Positions 12,731 through 27,657 of a stretch of DNA of 64,000 nucleotides are shown here, piece by piece. The DNA lies in assembly GCA_051294905.1 (NCBI GenBank), contig CM119371.1, positions 124,001 through 188,000 on the forward strand. The letters run 5' to 3'. The notes below the pieces were generated by a model. The model searched no databases. It saw only the letters and a program-made list of their open reading frames with translations, and was not told the origin of the DNA. Position 1 is the first letter of the stretch. Each line of letters begins with the position of its first letter. A program made the position numbers and the translations under genes. The stretch is from Botryllus schlosseri. Its lineage: Eukaryota.

Positions 12731-15700
12731 CCGGTACTGTCATTCTAGTTCCAATAGAATTTTGTAAAACACTGTAGGTGTTATTTTATCTAATTTGGGA
12801 AAGCTGAATATTTTTAAGTACCGTATCTGTTAATTCACTAGTCAACACATGTTTTTCGGCAGACAAAGTAAAAGGGGTTTTGGGGGTTCTGAAGGGTACT
12901 GATTAGGCAGATGATGGGGCTAGTTTGACTAAAATCTCATATTTTCGCTGTATACATGCTAAGTAAAAAATTGGCTCAGTCGTGTTATAAAGTTCAGAAA
13001 TTCAATCTTCTTATTATTTTGATATGATGAAGACCGTTTTTATTCATAATACAACAACATAATTTTATTTCGTCGTACCGGTATTTGATTTATTATAATT
13101 GGAAACTTTCACGTATATCGTCATTTACATAAATAAACTTCAATCACGTATATAAGAATTTACCTAAACACTCCAATAACGTTGCATTAATTGAATCAGT
13201 TTTATCTCAACCACCTATTTTAAAATTCAAAATAATCAGTTGGAACATAATATTAATAACTTCTCTGAAAGCAAATTTGGTTCTGGTATTATTTTCGGTT
13301 GTAAGCAATTTAGTTAAGTTTTTCGAAAGGTTTAAGCTATAGTCTGCCATAATATGTTCGTCGCTTCTGGACTGATATCTTTCTTTTGTTGTTTTGAAGT
13401 ATTGGTGGAACCTTTTTCATTTCTAATCTCTCTAATCAAGTTAAAGATGTTTGAACAGAAAGTATAAAAGTAGAAAAATTTAAGATTTATTTCCTACCAA
13501 GTGAAATATTCAAGGGTAATTTTTAGGGGTAAAAATGTCTTCTTTTCTAGAGCAAATCTGGCAAAACTAATGTGATATTGGTAAAGAACAACCTTGAAAA
13601 CCCCAGAAACGACTCCTAGATGTTCTGTTCTTTTTCATTTTGTCGACAAATGTTATCGATATTGGGTTAAAGAGGAGAGGACATCGACAAAATCTGAGCA
13701 ACCGACTCCAAAATCGAGTGTATACGAAAATGTCAACCTCAAGACGACGCTGTCTCAAACGAAAACACCTGCCAAAGGCACCAATAGAAAGCTCGGTCCT
13801 ATCCGAAAATCTGCTATGGAAAATATCCCAGGTTCTGATTCTACCGAGCCACTGCCCAGATCCCGGAAACTGGCTCCACATTTCAAGTTCTCGTTGATCC
13901 AATTCTCATTCAGGTCACATGCTTCTGGTTTAAATTCAAGTAATAAATACCATGTTTCGACACTCTCAAGTTGTTTGAGTTGCTAAACTTTATTGCAAAC
14001 AGGTATAATAAGAAGTACTCCAACAACCAATCAACTATTTGAAAAAAGTTTATGATGCTATGCGAAGACAACACGCACTGCGTGAGGACAGCTGCGGTAC
14101 GGTCATCCGTTTACGATGATCGTGATTGGGCTGCTATGTCGATCTGGCCAGTCGTATCAATATCAATCACCACACTATCAATACCACTGCATTAAGGCGC
14201 CATGTTGTCGACTCGGCAGGCATTAGATCGTATCGGAGTGTGTTCGCGGGCGGATGCCTACTGAGCCATCCACCATCTTATGAAACTTGTCAAGCCCTGG
14301 GTGGAAACCAGTATGGCCCACCGGGGTCTGGACTTGCGTTATGACTGTGTCCAGCCACCCTACCCAAGAGAGTCAGACTACCACTAAGGGTCTCCTTCCA
14401 CAGCTATATTCTAGATCAGGGGTCACCAATGCAGTGCCCACGGGAACCAGTTAGCCCGCAAGGACCAAATCAATCGCCCGCGGGCCTGTTATAGAAATAG
14501 ATTGAGTAACAGCCCTTACCAATGACGCATTGTATGCATTCGCATACATCGTATCTCCATATCCCGATAACATAACGACAATGCGCGGTTCAAATAACTA
14601 ATTAATTTTTACTTCAAATCAATTCCACACATTTCATAACACGAAAACGCAGTCCAATACAACATAAAATCACGGAAATGAAGATACTTATTAGGAGTCA
14701 TTAACAATACTCTGGGTTATCATGGTTTGTGGATAATGTCAGTATAATTGCAAATTAGTCAAAATGGACAGTATGAGTAATTTATGGAATTTCAAGCAGC
14801 AAATCATAATATCTCAGTAAAAAGGGAATATTGAATCACATTCATAAGATTATGTGAAATTTTGATTGTTATGGATCGGCAATTTGCCTCTTTTTCAGTT
14901 AACTATGGTGTATTTAGACATTGAGAATCAATTAATCACACATCAATAACAAACGAGCACATCAAGAGGGATAAGCCAATTATATTATTCTTGAAGCATT
15001 TAGAAACACAAAGGTAGCAGAAAACTTGGTCACTGGTCATAGAAGCAAGAAAAATTGTAGGCTTGAAATACAGCGACCGTCATTCTACAGAATAATATTA
15101 ATGTCATGAAATATCATGGTAATGGAAGTTTTAAACTCGGTAAAGTTTACCTTTCAACACTCTCCTGAGTCAACTGTACTAAAGATATAGAGAAAGATTA
15201 CTAGATCATGATGGAACATGGAGAATCTTACATAATTGACATTACAATGGTTTTCATACACCACACTACATTTATTATCATTTTTTTTTAAGTATTAAGT
15301 TTATATCATAATCCATCACACAAAACGTTAAAACACTACACAGTACACACTTCACATTAAAGATTATACCAATTTTTTTCTTCATTTTTCCATATTTATG
15401 ATTTTTATGTAACTTCTATTATAATCAATTATTTTTAAGGTGTAAGACGATGGAATAAATTTATTTTATCCCGATATTCGATTCTACCTTGTGAATCAAT
15501 CATTATAATAGCAAAAAAATGAATAGGATGACGGCTTGAACTCTACTGTAGTAAAACCATCCGAGCATTCGTATCACAGTGAAACATTTATTTTCGGGAA
15601 TATTTAGGATCGACGTGACGTTTACGGTATTACCATTGTTTACGTCGAGTTGTGAATTATTTTTGCAACTGTTTTGGTTATCTAAGTGTACAATGAAATA

Positions 15701-17161
15701 TGCGCAATATAAACAGCATCGCGAAATTGCATCAATTAAACATGAAATAGACAGTTTAAATTATTAAATGAAACGCGGTAATTCTACACTCCAAATTTCA
15801 ATTTTGATGACGAGGAATTGTTGGCTCTTGTAAACGATTACCGATATTGCATCTGCCGTCTTCTTTCCGCCTCGCTGTAATATAAGTACCTCTGAATAAA
15901 TCGCTATCCTATCTAATCAATCACGTCTGCAAACTATTCGTACCATGAGCCGGAGATGGACTATTCACGCGGTTACATCATTACAGTGCACAAAATAGAA
16001 TTGGACTTTTTGTAAACGAACTAGGCTCACAGTCGGATAGATTTTAGGGATTTAATCTACAGGGGGATTGTGCATTTATATTTTGGCAATACGATTCTCA
16101 GGTATCTTGTGAACACAATTCAATATACGGTTACATATTTATTCAGTACTCCCATTTCATGAAAATAATCCTGCAGGAAACACATCGTATCCCAGGAAGC
16201 GGTATTGGCTGGGACGGTGTACTTGCTAGAGGACATTCTTGACAGTTTACATTTCAATTAGGGAAATTGCGGTGCAGGTAACAATGTCAAGCATCAATGA
16301 CACTTAAAAAGTAGCTCTACAGCTTGTTTGATAGAAATTATATTTTTATCACAACTAGGATCATCTCTACTAGTGGAAAATTCATCAAAACTTGGGACGT
16401 ACGTTTCTTCTTCAAGGTAGCCTAAAATAGGTGACGATAAGCGCACTACTATCATACTTAGATAATTGAACATTTCTAGTTTTCTAATTAGATTAATTAG
16501 GGCGAAATGCCGGCAATATAATTTGAATCTATTTTGTGAAATGATTCTCTGCTCTAATTCTAATCTAATTTGTGAAATTTTTATATGTTTCAATTTTAGT
16601 TCAAACCATATCTATGGTTTTCCTGTGAATGCTACTGAGAGAACTGTATAGTGTGAAACGAGCCAAGCTTGTTATACAGACATCATGCTTGTAAGAATAA
16701 ACCATGATTTGATAGTATCAGAACTGGATTAAAGGACCTAGTTTTTACGGATCCAAATCTAATTCCAATCTAATTTGGAAAAATGTGTAGCTATAACTAT
16801 AGTTTCAATGTATTTTGAAAAAAAGCGACGCGATAATTTTAATTCTACTATAATTTGGAAATCACTGTGTAGCGTCAATTCTAATTCTACTATATGTTAG
16901 AAAAGAAGTTGTAACTGTAATTCCAGTTCTAATCAAATTGCAAAAGCAGGAAATTTTCTGCATGACCGAGTATGACTGAAAATTAATCAGAAATCCTGTC
17001 GATTTGCGGCACAACTCTTGAGTACTTTTTTCAAGGCGATGGATGGGTACGGAAAATTTGTAAGTTGTCACTTGCGATGACCTGATAAAAGTATTCGACC
17101 CGTCCCAGTAATAAGATTTGAATTTCACATGCTCTAGTACTTTTTAAAGCTTCATTTACAC

Positions 17162-17484
17162 CAATGGTTCAACAACCTCTTTTTAGACACGCCCCCTTTA
17201 AGATAGTGGAAAATCTCGCGCACGCTTATCGTCATATCACGGAATCCAACCGGGATGCTCATGCTGGCAACTTTAACAGATTTACTGGTGGCGTGGAAGG
17301 ATATGACTGTTTATGAGGGAATTAAAAAATAAAAAATTCGGTCTATATATTGAGAAACACGTGTAACTTGGAGGTAAATCGCGCATAGCGGTAAATTTTT
17401 TTCAATTGACCGCTTCTTTGCGCCCCTCTTCAGATGCTTTCACATCCACCAAGGGGGGCGCGTCCCCCAGTTTGAGAACCATTG
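17162..17484. mobile_element. hAT-type MITE (323 bp)
   Basis: Ends CAATGGTTC...GAACCATTG; perfect 8-bp TSD ATTTACAC (17154-17161 and 17485-17492). Confidence 0.85.
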
Positions 17485-19392
17485 ATTTACACTATTGATA
17501 CATGCTCCCGATTAAAAAATGGACGGGACCACTCCAACTTCTGTTCGAGTTTAATCAATGAATATTTCGATAGTTTCTATAAAAATTATGCGACAACATA
17601 ATACGACCACTGACCGTATTTATTTCACATCAAGCAGCTTAACAATCTAGACGTATTAATTTTCGACCTATGTCGTGTCGACATATAAATTTTTCGAGTA
17701 TCTCATCAAATCTCTCGTTTTCTAAGATAACAAATATTTCTCCCAAGAAAATGATATCGGCTTGGTCTGATTAAAGCAAGTAATCATGCATTGAAGTGAC
17801 GCATTACTGCCGAAGATCAACTTTACTATTGCTCATTAGTGGAGATGGTCAGTAACCAAGTACTTCTACTTTTTCAAAGTACAAAAGTACGTGTCGCCCA
17901 CTTTCACTACTTACTGAAGCATTTACAATACTGATTACTTTTATTTCTACTTCACAATTTTCATTTTTTTAGCAAAACTAGGAATGATGTGATAAGTTTG
18001 TTGCGACTCGATCTAAAATGATGTATGACAACGCTGTTACATTATTGCAGGAAAAGCAAAGTTTTTTTTTATCAAAGATACATGTTGTGTACCGCGTGTC
18101 ATCGTTATGACGTAACTTTCCGACATCACAATAAATATTATTGTATAATAATTTGAATATTACACGGAGCGTGCCACAATATTTCTAGGATGCTGTTTGA
18201 AACCGGATGTGTATGAGAGTGGATCGACGATGTAAGGGAAGGATAAATCTCAACTCTCATTTTAGAGCGGTCAGACTTTGTATCATCAACTCACCTGTAA
18301 TAAAAATCCAAGTCGAGTCTCTGCCAGACATCTTTAAAATCGAAGGGGAAACGTAGCACTAAAATGAAAAAGAGTATACAGATACAAGATATTTGTTAGT
18401 AAACGATGTATGAATCATATGAATTGTGCTCTGTTGCTGAAACAATCATCTGGCTTGAAGATAGTTGATATAATATAGAATATAAAGAGAAGAATATATC
18501 GTAATTAGGCGTAATGAACCAGCGCTTGTCTACTATTTTAAATCCGGATCCTATTCCAGATGATCCATTCAAATCCAAGTACAAATCCCTATTTAATTTT
18601 GTATCGCGTCCATATCCAAGTCCAATCCGGTAATGGTGGAAACTTGATTAAAAAGTCGCATGAAAATTTAAACTTACGAAAATTTCATGTAAAAGTACAG
18701 ACGCATATACATCTTCGAATTAATCATAAATAAACATCAAAAACCAGTTACAAGAGACGCGTGACCTCAATACCATAGATATGCATAATCAAAATCGCTA
18801 TATTATTTGTTCTAGTTTCCGTTCGAAAGCGGTGGCTTTTGAAGGGAAGGTTGCTGCGGCCAAAATGTTTTTCACATTCTCCACTTTCATTTCATATAAT
18901 ATTATATTTAGAGCGCATTCTGGTTTTAATGTGTTATAGTTATGTCAGTGGGCAGTGAAATGAGAAATCACACCCAATATAATGCCGCGACAGTACAATG
19001 CATATAACATATATCTAATCCAATTAGATACGGGAATGAGTGAAAGTAACTCTTATCCATTTGTAAAATATTCCCTGCAATATGCAGCTAATTATTTACG
19101 TGTTGTCAATCGATTCAAATCACTAAATTTATATTCGATTTATATTCGCACCGGTTCCACGTTCTGTGAGATACTTTCACAGAACGAATATGAACTCGCA
19201 AATTCGTTTTCGTATCAAGGGTAAATCGAAAGAAGAAATCCCGAATGCTATTTCAAGACAAAACGATTTCGGAATTAATGCAATTTTGTTGAACCTAAAA
19301 TAATGCACAATGCACATGAATGATGAAATGGTTCGTATCAACGCCAACATAAAAAGTGGGATGCTGTATGACATAAAACCACGAATCCTGCA

Positions 19393-19975
19393 GATAGGTG
19401 GTCAGTAACGGAGTAACTCTACTTTATCAGACCACTCAAGTAGTGCTGTCCACTTACATCGCTTAATCAAGGGGTTGTCATTTTAGACTACTTCTGTTTC
19501 TACTTCTTGTCACAATTGTTAGTGAAAACTACTTACTTCATACAATATTGATTTTGAAAAGTATCAAGTTGTTCCTAGCTGTGTATTCGTCATCGTTTTC
19601 AGTGAAATTTTTATGGGAGGCGCCTTAAATATCCCATGTATCACGGTGACTGCATGAACATATTTTCAAAGATTCCACACAGTTGCAGTGTCATTTAGTC
19701 ATTTTGCATTAGCCGCGAAGTTATATCTTGCAATTTCGAAAGTAGATATCTCCTATAAACTGTTATAAACGTATGCGGCCCTTCGATCAAGTCTACTTTT
19801 TGACACTACTTATTTCACTACATTTCGGGCTGATACATTTTCTATTTCGACCTCAAGTCAATTTGTGATTTCTTGGAAATTGCTACTTCTGCTTGTAGCC
19901 TATATCAGCAGCAGCTTACGGCGCTATTTATCGTTCCACATGAGTCTTAACTTTCGACTACTTTGACCACCTCTA
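19393..19975. mobile_element. AGTA/TACT-rich MITE family; other copies at ~17840, ~37633-37854 and ~38053-38970
   Basis: Ends AGGTGGTCA...TGACCACCTCTA, with internal CTACTT/AGTAG repeats shared across the loci. Confidence 0.55.
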
Positions 19976-20275
19976 ATCATTCATGAACTCATTTTAGCAA
20001 CTCTCAGAACCAATTGGAGTGCGCTTGGTCACCAGATGTCGTAAATAAGCTGCATGAAGTAATAAATTTGTTCCATAGTTATAAAAGTATATGAAAGTGG
20101 TTTACAAGTATATTTGACTCATCGTCCCCTTATCAAGCTCGATATATCTTTATCACGCCCATAATGGAAGAAGTACTATCAGCAGCGAAGTAGTTGTGCT
20201 TTTCTGTAGTACTTATTATAATATACTTGTTAGTAGTATAGTCGATCGGTCGTGAGCGGCTAATTTTTTGCATTG

Positions 20276-20925
20276 GTTCTTATGGGTGCGGCGGTGAGGT
20301 GCCGCGAAAACTCGTGGTGGTGATGGCACCCTTTTACACCCCCTCTCGGCGGTGAGGTGCCATGTGTTCTTATGGATGCGGTGATGATGGCACCCTTTCG
20401 GGTATAGGCTGCGGCGGTGAGGTGCCGCGAAAACTCGTGGTGGTGATGGCACCCTTTCAGACCCCCTCTCGGCGGTGAGGTGCCATGTGTTCTTATGGAT
20501 GCGGTGATGATGACACCCTTTCGGGTATAGGCCGCGGTCGTGATTCGCCGTGAAAACTCGTGGTCGTGACTCGCCTTTTTTGCTATAGGCGGTGGCGGCG
20601 ATTCGCCTGTCGTGTATTCTTACGGGATCTGTGGTGATTCGCCATGTGTTCTTATGGGCGGGGTGGCGATTCGCCTGGAAACCCGGGGTGGCGATTCGCC
20701 TTTTTAGACCCCCCTCTGGGCCGCGATTCGCCATGTGTTCTTATGGGTGCGGTCGTGATTCGCCTTTTCGGGTATAGGCTGCGGTGGTGATTCGCCGTGA
20801 AAACCTGGGGTGGTGACTCGCCTTTTTTGCTATAGGCGGTGGCGGCGATTCGCCTGTCGTGTATTCTTACGGGATCTGTGGTGATTCGCCATGTGTTCTT
20901 ATGGATGCGGTCGTGATTCGCACTT
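20276..20925. repeat. GC/CpG-rich subterminal array, probably the original TIR; mirror at ~34280-34928
   Basis: About 25-bp units of a core (GGTGATTCGCC / GGCGATTCGCC / GGTGAGGTGCC / GATGGCACC) plus recurring spacers. A higher-order 123-bp duplication starts at 20287 and 20410. Confidence 0.85.
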
Positions 20926-23900
20926 TCAACCATCTCTCGCGTGGTGTTGAATAGTCACCAACAATAACCGCACAAACGGAAACGTGGCTTGCAAGAGGAT
21001 TAAGCAGTGCGACCTATATTTCGAATGACCTGCGCGCTGAATTGTTGCCCGTGCAGCTGTTTTGTGCTACTATCGTATCGATTATTACACTAATCCAGTC
21101 AGTGCGAAATAGTTTGCTAAATCTAGGAATCACTTCCAAGGTAATATTTTGGTAATTAGTTTACCGCAGAGCCGGCGTAGTCGGCGATTCGAATATCAAC
21201 AATAACCGCGTTCACAAACTAACACTTCAAAAATGTGTGAAATAGTTTGCAAAACCCCGCGATCTCTGACAAGACTCGGGTGACATGATAACGTTACAGG
21301 TATAGGCTGAGGTGGTGATTCGCCATGTGTTCTTATGGGTGCGCTCGCACGTCGTACTTTCAAGTATAGGTATCTCTCGCATGTCGTATTGGAAACTCGT
21401 GTTGGCTCGCTCACGCGGTGAAATTTTAGTAATCAGTTTGTCGCAGAACTTGATTTCACTCATAAGATTTAATAAGTAACGAATAACAGACCGCCAGTGT
21501 GGGTAACTTGAATAGCGACAAATTGTCACTTATTTCCGCTCTAAGCCTAATCCTTTGTGAAGTGAACGCTTATTCAAAATGTTGTGATATAATTTTAAAA
21601 TCCAACGACCACTCACCGGATAATGCTGCAGACATAGCACTCTCTCATGCCCGCTCACATGGTAATATTTCGGTAATTAGTTTGTCACAGAACCGTCGCA
21701 GACGGTGATTCAAAACCAGCAATTTGTCACTTGCCCGCGATCGCTATATGTTTTGACACTTCAGAAGAGTGGTTGACTTTAGTTGCGTGATACAAATCAT
21801 GAGAATATTCAATCAATGCGTCAATTTGTCAACTCGAAATGAAACTCACTACACAGTTCAAGTTGATTCGTATCTGAATGTGTTAATTCGGTACAATTCT
21901 AATTATTTTGAGAAATCTTTTCGTGATCTTTTGATTCGACTGCAACCTGAATATTACTGACACCGACTTTTAGCCACATCGAATTATTCGCACACTCCGC
22001 GCCGTCGTTTTCATAGCTATAGAATCAATACCAACTATAACTCTACAAGAATCAAGAATCACAAGTATGTGCATTATACAGTTATTGTCTTTATCAACAC
22101 GAAATCAAACTCTTAACAAAAACACGCAACTAATCATTTGGCAACTCTAGCATTACCAAAAAATTCCAGTATTGTTGATTGAAAATCCTTGAGTCATTAT
22201 TATCAAAAATGTTATAGTACCGCATCGGAATCCATTCGCGGGATGTACTAAAGGTAAATCCAGATAATCCAAAATGAAATATTTGGACTTTGACAAACAT
22301 GACTACCAACTTTGATCCAGTCACATTTCAAGATTACACTTTGAAACAATCCTTGAAACTTACAACTCTATTCACGACTGAGTTTTCCGTTTATCAGTTT
22401 CAGTAAATACTATCGCGATATTTTTATGTGTTACTACACACAATAGAATCAATCAATGAAATAGCACCTGTTGTAAATATTTCTAACTTGACAACCACTT
22501 ATGCATACCGCGATCGACTTGTGACGCGATGAGTTAAATCGGAATATTTCAATCTATTTTTTGAAACCTTGAACAAGCTATCAGGTGTTTTTTTTTGTAA
22601 TCGAGTGAACGGAAATAGTATTACGTCTAAACATTTTACCATCTTCCCATAAACAAAAGAGTAAAATACAAAAAACCTTGTCAAGTCAACCCGTTTGTAA
22701 CTTACCCAACCAAAGCAAAAAGTATCCTTATGAAAAGTAGACAAGACTACGCCAGTAATCACCACAATCCAAAATCCATAGCAAGTTCGGTTGTATTCAT
22801 AGTCCACCAACTCGTATTTTTATTCAACTGTAAAAGTCGTTACTACTCTGCAAGACAAAAAAAAATTACTATGTGGTATATTTTGTAAGACAAAAGTAAT
22901 TACTTCTCGGTGTCGGCGACTTGAGATTAACATATGTTTTGAGTATATGATATTTGAATGTCTGACCAACGTAATTGAGAACTCATTTCTTACAATCGAA
23001 CGATTGTGTTATATTCAAAGTTATCATGCTGTGAACATAAGGATTGACACATTGCTTTGACATATGAGATTTTGTAATAGTTGATCATTACTTTATTATT
23101 GAATTATTTGCGTTAATTAGACCCGGCATTGTGGTAAATGTTATGACAGCAACAAACTTTTCAGTACCAATGTTATTAACATATTAAGCTGTAAAACTAT
23201 GTGTGTCTGAAATGTTCTTGATAGGAAAATTACTCCACCTTGGTAAAAATCACTCTGCGTATCGCGGATATCAGAAAATATTTTCAGTAACAAAGACTAA
23301 AGATGAAACGACAATATCGGTATTATTACATTCAACAATCAGTACAATTATTAAAATCTATCGTTTGCGATAAACAACACTAAAGATGTAATAATTCCAG
23401 TATTCATACATTAAACCTCCGATACAAAATGCTTTATTATCCCGATTCCCAACGGGTAATTGAAACGACTAAGTGTAGAATCAGTATATCACAGTATCGT
23501 TACTATTGAATCCAACGATTTATCGTCGGAATTTGTGACAGAGAATTGAAACATATGCACTTTACAGAGTGTGAAAATATCACTTTGAGTATCGAGTACC
23601 GTTCGAAGCTAGCGATGAATTCTCAATCATTTCAGTAACTCCCCCCATTGTGCGTGCTAAATGTAAAATATCGCGAGGTTATACACTCTAAGACTTTGGT
23701 CATTACAAAAGTAAATTGTGATATGTTTGTTAGATGCATCCAATTCAGTTAGAAATGTCTGATGCACAACAATCGTAATATCAAAAAAGTACTTGCTACA
23801 CTGTTATTTGCTAAACGTGTTTTGCATTGTTGTTCATTTGTAGTATTGATTGAAATTGTTCTTGAACCCTCAAATAATAATTCCTGACATGAAACTAAGC

Positions 23901-23990
23901 CGCCGAAAGTCGTTACCATCACAAAGAAACAATTTGCACGATGTTTACTAAATGTGTCCTATAGTTAGGTGTACTGGAATTATTAGTAAA

Positions 23991-24016
23991 ACACACACAC
24001 ACACACACACACACAC
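23991..24016 (+). repeat. (AC)13 microsatellite; mirror (GT)14 at 31180-31207
   Basis: Read directly. Confidence 0.95.
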
Positions 24017-25753
24017 GATCAGAGAAATTGGAAATTTTTCCGTTGTCATTCGCTAAAGTAAATGTCATCACAATACTCTGTCACTAAAAGACGTTACTTG
24101 GACGTGCTTGAATTCTAGACATAGTTCTGATTTACCCAACACAAGACCCAAGGACAACCCTAGTTTCACCCAAACACAGATATCCAAAATATCACACACT
24201 TCGCTATTCCTAAAGCACAAACACCCGATACAAAATAATACTTATTGTGTTGTTGCGGCATCATCACTCAACAATATCACCCTCAATACAAATGATGTTT
24301 ATGTGTAACATGCTATTGATTTGAACCACACCCACCTGGCGGAAGAGGATTTACTCAATCTTTACAAAATGGATATTGACCAACATCACATCACCGGATT
24401 GTATCTGTTTCGCTGGTTACGAGTTATGTTAGTTTAACAGTAAACAAATTTCACCCTCTTGGATTATGAACTCAATGCGTTAGCGATCATTCAATATTTT
24501 GTTTGTGTCAACTAGTTACTCGGTATGTTACTCCACAACTCTTACAAAAGTACGAAGGATATTAACATCACACTAAGTAATTAACTTTACTCGATATTCT
24601 CGCATTACGAAACTAAAGAATGGTTGGTTAGACTCTACAAACTGTTTCGATATCATAAGACCTTTATTGTCTGAATGGGTGTTCCTGTGTCTTAAGAACC
24701 AAATAGTTCAACACAGCACTAGTACCAACAGAAACATCAGAGTTGTTTACACAAAAGTTTGTATGCGTGCAGTATGCGAATACCATGTGTAAGTCCAGCA
24801 CAATTGCAGTATCCATCCGAGTTTAGTCAACACAAATTTATTACAACGGAGCCACGTAAACTTTCGTGAAAGAAAAGCATACTCACTTCCAGAGGGTTAT
24901 GTCAACACCATAGCAGTAAATCAGCTACTCCAACAACAAAGTACATATGTTTCTAGCCACGATCCTTACATCTTTCACATAGATCAATCTACTTTGCTAA
25001 CGAAAAGTGCTGAGTCATCACATAATCACCCTCACAACAAAACAGCTAGTAGATATTATCACTCAAAATATTCCTGACCCTTTACACACCAGTGACAAAT
25101 CATACAACGAATATGTTTTGGGGGTCGAATTGTTGTTCAGTGTCAAGTCTACCTGTTGAAACGTACATTAAAACAACACAGTCACAATTCAATTAAAACC
25201 ACGAATCTATTTTCATTTCCTCGCAAACTGTCACATACAGAAAAATAAATTTTATTCTGCCAAAACATACTTGTAACCAATCGCTTTCATTAAACACACA
25301 ACACCATAAAAGTATTTACTTTCTACAACATAGACATTCCGATGTAGTCAAGAAATATTTTTATTAATCAAAATCATCGACTTCTGTTTACGGCGTTAGT
25401 GTGTGCATGTCATACATGTGGGATCCGTATTAAAATGGACACGACACGACTGAATGTAAGGGGGGTAGAAGTCTATCACATCGATTTACATGTGGTCTTC
25501 GCTACGGTTTCAAAAAACGAATCATCTCTTTTGCATTGATCGAGACCGAGCAAGTTAGTTAATGACCATGATTGTGTTTGTCATATGCGAATGATAGGGT
25601 TACTGTCAAATCTACATACAACAACCTTCTGGCACTCATAATAGCAATTTCATTCTCTCCCTTCGTAATTGTAGACTCACGACAAGTATATTGTACAGCT
25701 CGACAGCTACGTTTAACAACACCAACGACACAAAACATACGATACCTACGCAA

Positions 25754-26360
25754 GTAAAATTACCATTTTCACCTGGAGGTCAGTCGTTACCTGAGTAAAA
25801 ATACCATTATTCTTTGGAGATTTATCGTTTATTCAGAGTAACAATCCCCTTTTCACTTGGAAATATATTTTTGGCCTGAATAACAAACCCCTTTTCACTT
25901 GGAAATCTATTTTTGCCCTGGATAACAAACCTTTTTCACTTGGAAATATATTTTTTCTCTTGGTAACAAACCTTTTTCACTTGGAAATATATTTTTTCTC
26001 TGGGTAACAAACCTTTTTCACTTGTAAATATATTTTTTCTCTTGGTAATAAACCTTTTTCACTTGGAAATATATTTTTTCTCTTGGTAATAAACCTTTTT
26101 CACTTGGAAATATATTTTTTCTCTTGGTAACACACCTTTTTCACTAGGGAATATATTTTTTCTCTGGGTAACAAACCTTTTTCACTTGGGAATATATTTT
26201 TTCCCTGAGCAACAAACCATTTTCACTTGGTGGGTCGTCGTTGACCTTAGTAAAAATATCATTTTCCTTTGGAGATCCGGCGTTTACCAGTGTAACAATA
26301 CATTTTCTCTTGGTCATCTAACTTTTCCTAGAGTAACAAAAACCATTTTCATTTTGAAAT
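25754..26360. repeat. 41-42 bp minisatellite, about 14 units
   Basis: Central unit GTAACAAACCTTTTTCACTTGGAAATATATTTTTTCTCTTG; flanking units are more diverged. Confidence 0.9.
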
Positions 26361-27601
26361 CTGACAAACACACCTGACAATTTGGTATTTGTTGTATTGA
26401 CGATAGTTTGAAATAGATTACAACGAGCAGTGACGGAAATATACACGGACTACCGGTTTCAGAGTATACCTCCATCAGTCGTATCACAGCAATATCATCG
26501 GTTAACCTTATACAATATCCTCTTGTACACAGAAATGCATGTTTCGGAAAATTGGACAATAGACTTCGATAGCTCTGTGATGTCCAGGTTCACGCTTTGG
26601 ATTTTCCAGAGTCAAAATGTCTGAATAAAACACCTCCTCGATGATGGTTGGTATGTGGATAACGGTATTCGGAAAACGGTTGGATTTATGTCTCCCATCG
26701 CGATAACAACTCCAGGTCGAGTTTTCCTCCGCATGTTTACTATATTGTGTCTTTATTGGTCAATGTATGTCTCGACATTCAGTTTGAAATCGGAAACCCT
26801 GATAAAGTATGTAGCCGGATCCGGATATCAATTCTGAATCGATAAACCAATGAACAATATTCAAAGTAAACATGTTACATCCTGTGTTTCCACGAAAAAA
26901 TACCATCCAGACATACGTCGCGCTTGTTTACCCACAACAGTATACGCGTAAATGGAGGTGTGTGACATTGCATGCAATGTGTTGGTATACAAACATCGGG
27001 GAGTAAGCCTTCGATCCACAGACATTATCATAGCCGGTAGTTTTGATGTAGATCTAATGTCATCAAGCACACCCGATAACAATGTCATACCAATAAGCCA
27101 CATTGCAACGACTCTGAGTCAATCTGAAGCAGGACATACAGACACACAGACATGGAACCGTAACATGGGTTATTCGCACGACAGTGAAAGTGAACTGTAC
27201 AGTACATACCAATATTGTGATCACAGTCAAATATGCGAACCGTGCACAATCATATACCCAGGTTTTTGTTGGATATGTACGAAACCGATAAATCGATACA
27301 TTTCTTTTCCTTTGACGTCAACAATACAATCACCATTCCAATGTATTGCTCGAATGTGAGGTTCATCTGGTGTAAAATCCATGTCAAATAACACCAAAGT
27401 GTGCTTTCCGTGTTTTATTATTTCCACCGTCGCTTCTTGTCTGTGTCGTAACACTATGGTGCAGGGACTTGAAAAACGGTGGATTGTGAAACAGATTGAC
27501 ATGACCAACAGAATCGACGTCAATAGACTTGTGACGATGTCGTTTCAAAATGCTCCGATATGACGAGCGCAACCTCGATCTATTGTGGCGATGACCGTTT
27601 C

Positions 27602-27657
27602 GAAATGTTACCGGACGAACTGGACCCTTGAAATGTTACCGGACGAACTGGATCCTT
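27602..27657 (+). repeat. 28-bp tandem duplication at the centre of the palindromic element
   Basis: GAAATGTTACCGGACGAACTGGA(C/T)CCTT twice. Confidence 0.95.

Larger units (their letters stand above)
20232..27120 (-). repeat. Left arm of the giant inverted repeat (6,889 bp)
   Basis: Mirror-image ORF pairs in the ORF track. Differs from the right arm by a 6-bp indel (~21273), (AC)13 versus 14 units, and scattered substitutions. Confidence 0.97.

Noticed and set aside
14090..14400. Possible tRNA gene or SINE head on the minus strand
   Set aside because: Only weak A/B-box resemblance, no cloverleaf, and no second copy in the window.
18396..18640. Possible minus-strand exon (LYLDLNGSSGIG...)
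   Set aside because: No convincing splice sites or recognisable domain; it cannot be supported.
20276..20925. CRISPR-like repeat-spacer appearance of the subterminal array
   Set aside because: The spacers recur, the units are short and variable, there are no cas genes, and the context is eukaryotic.
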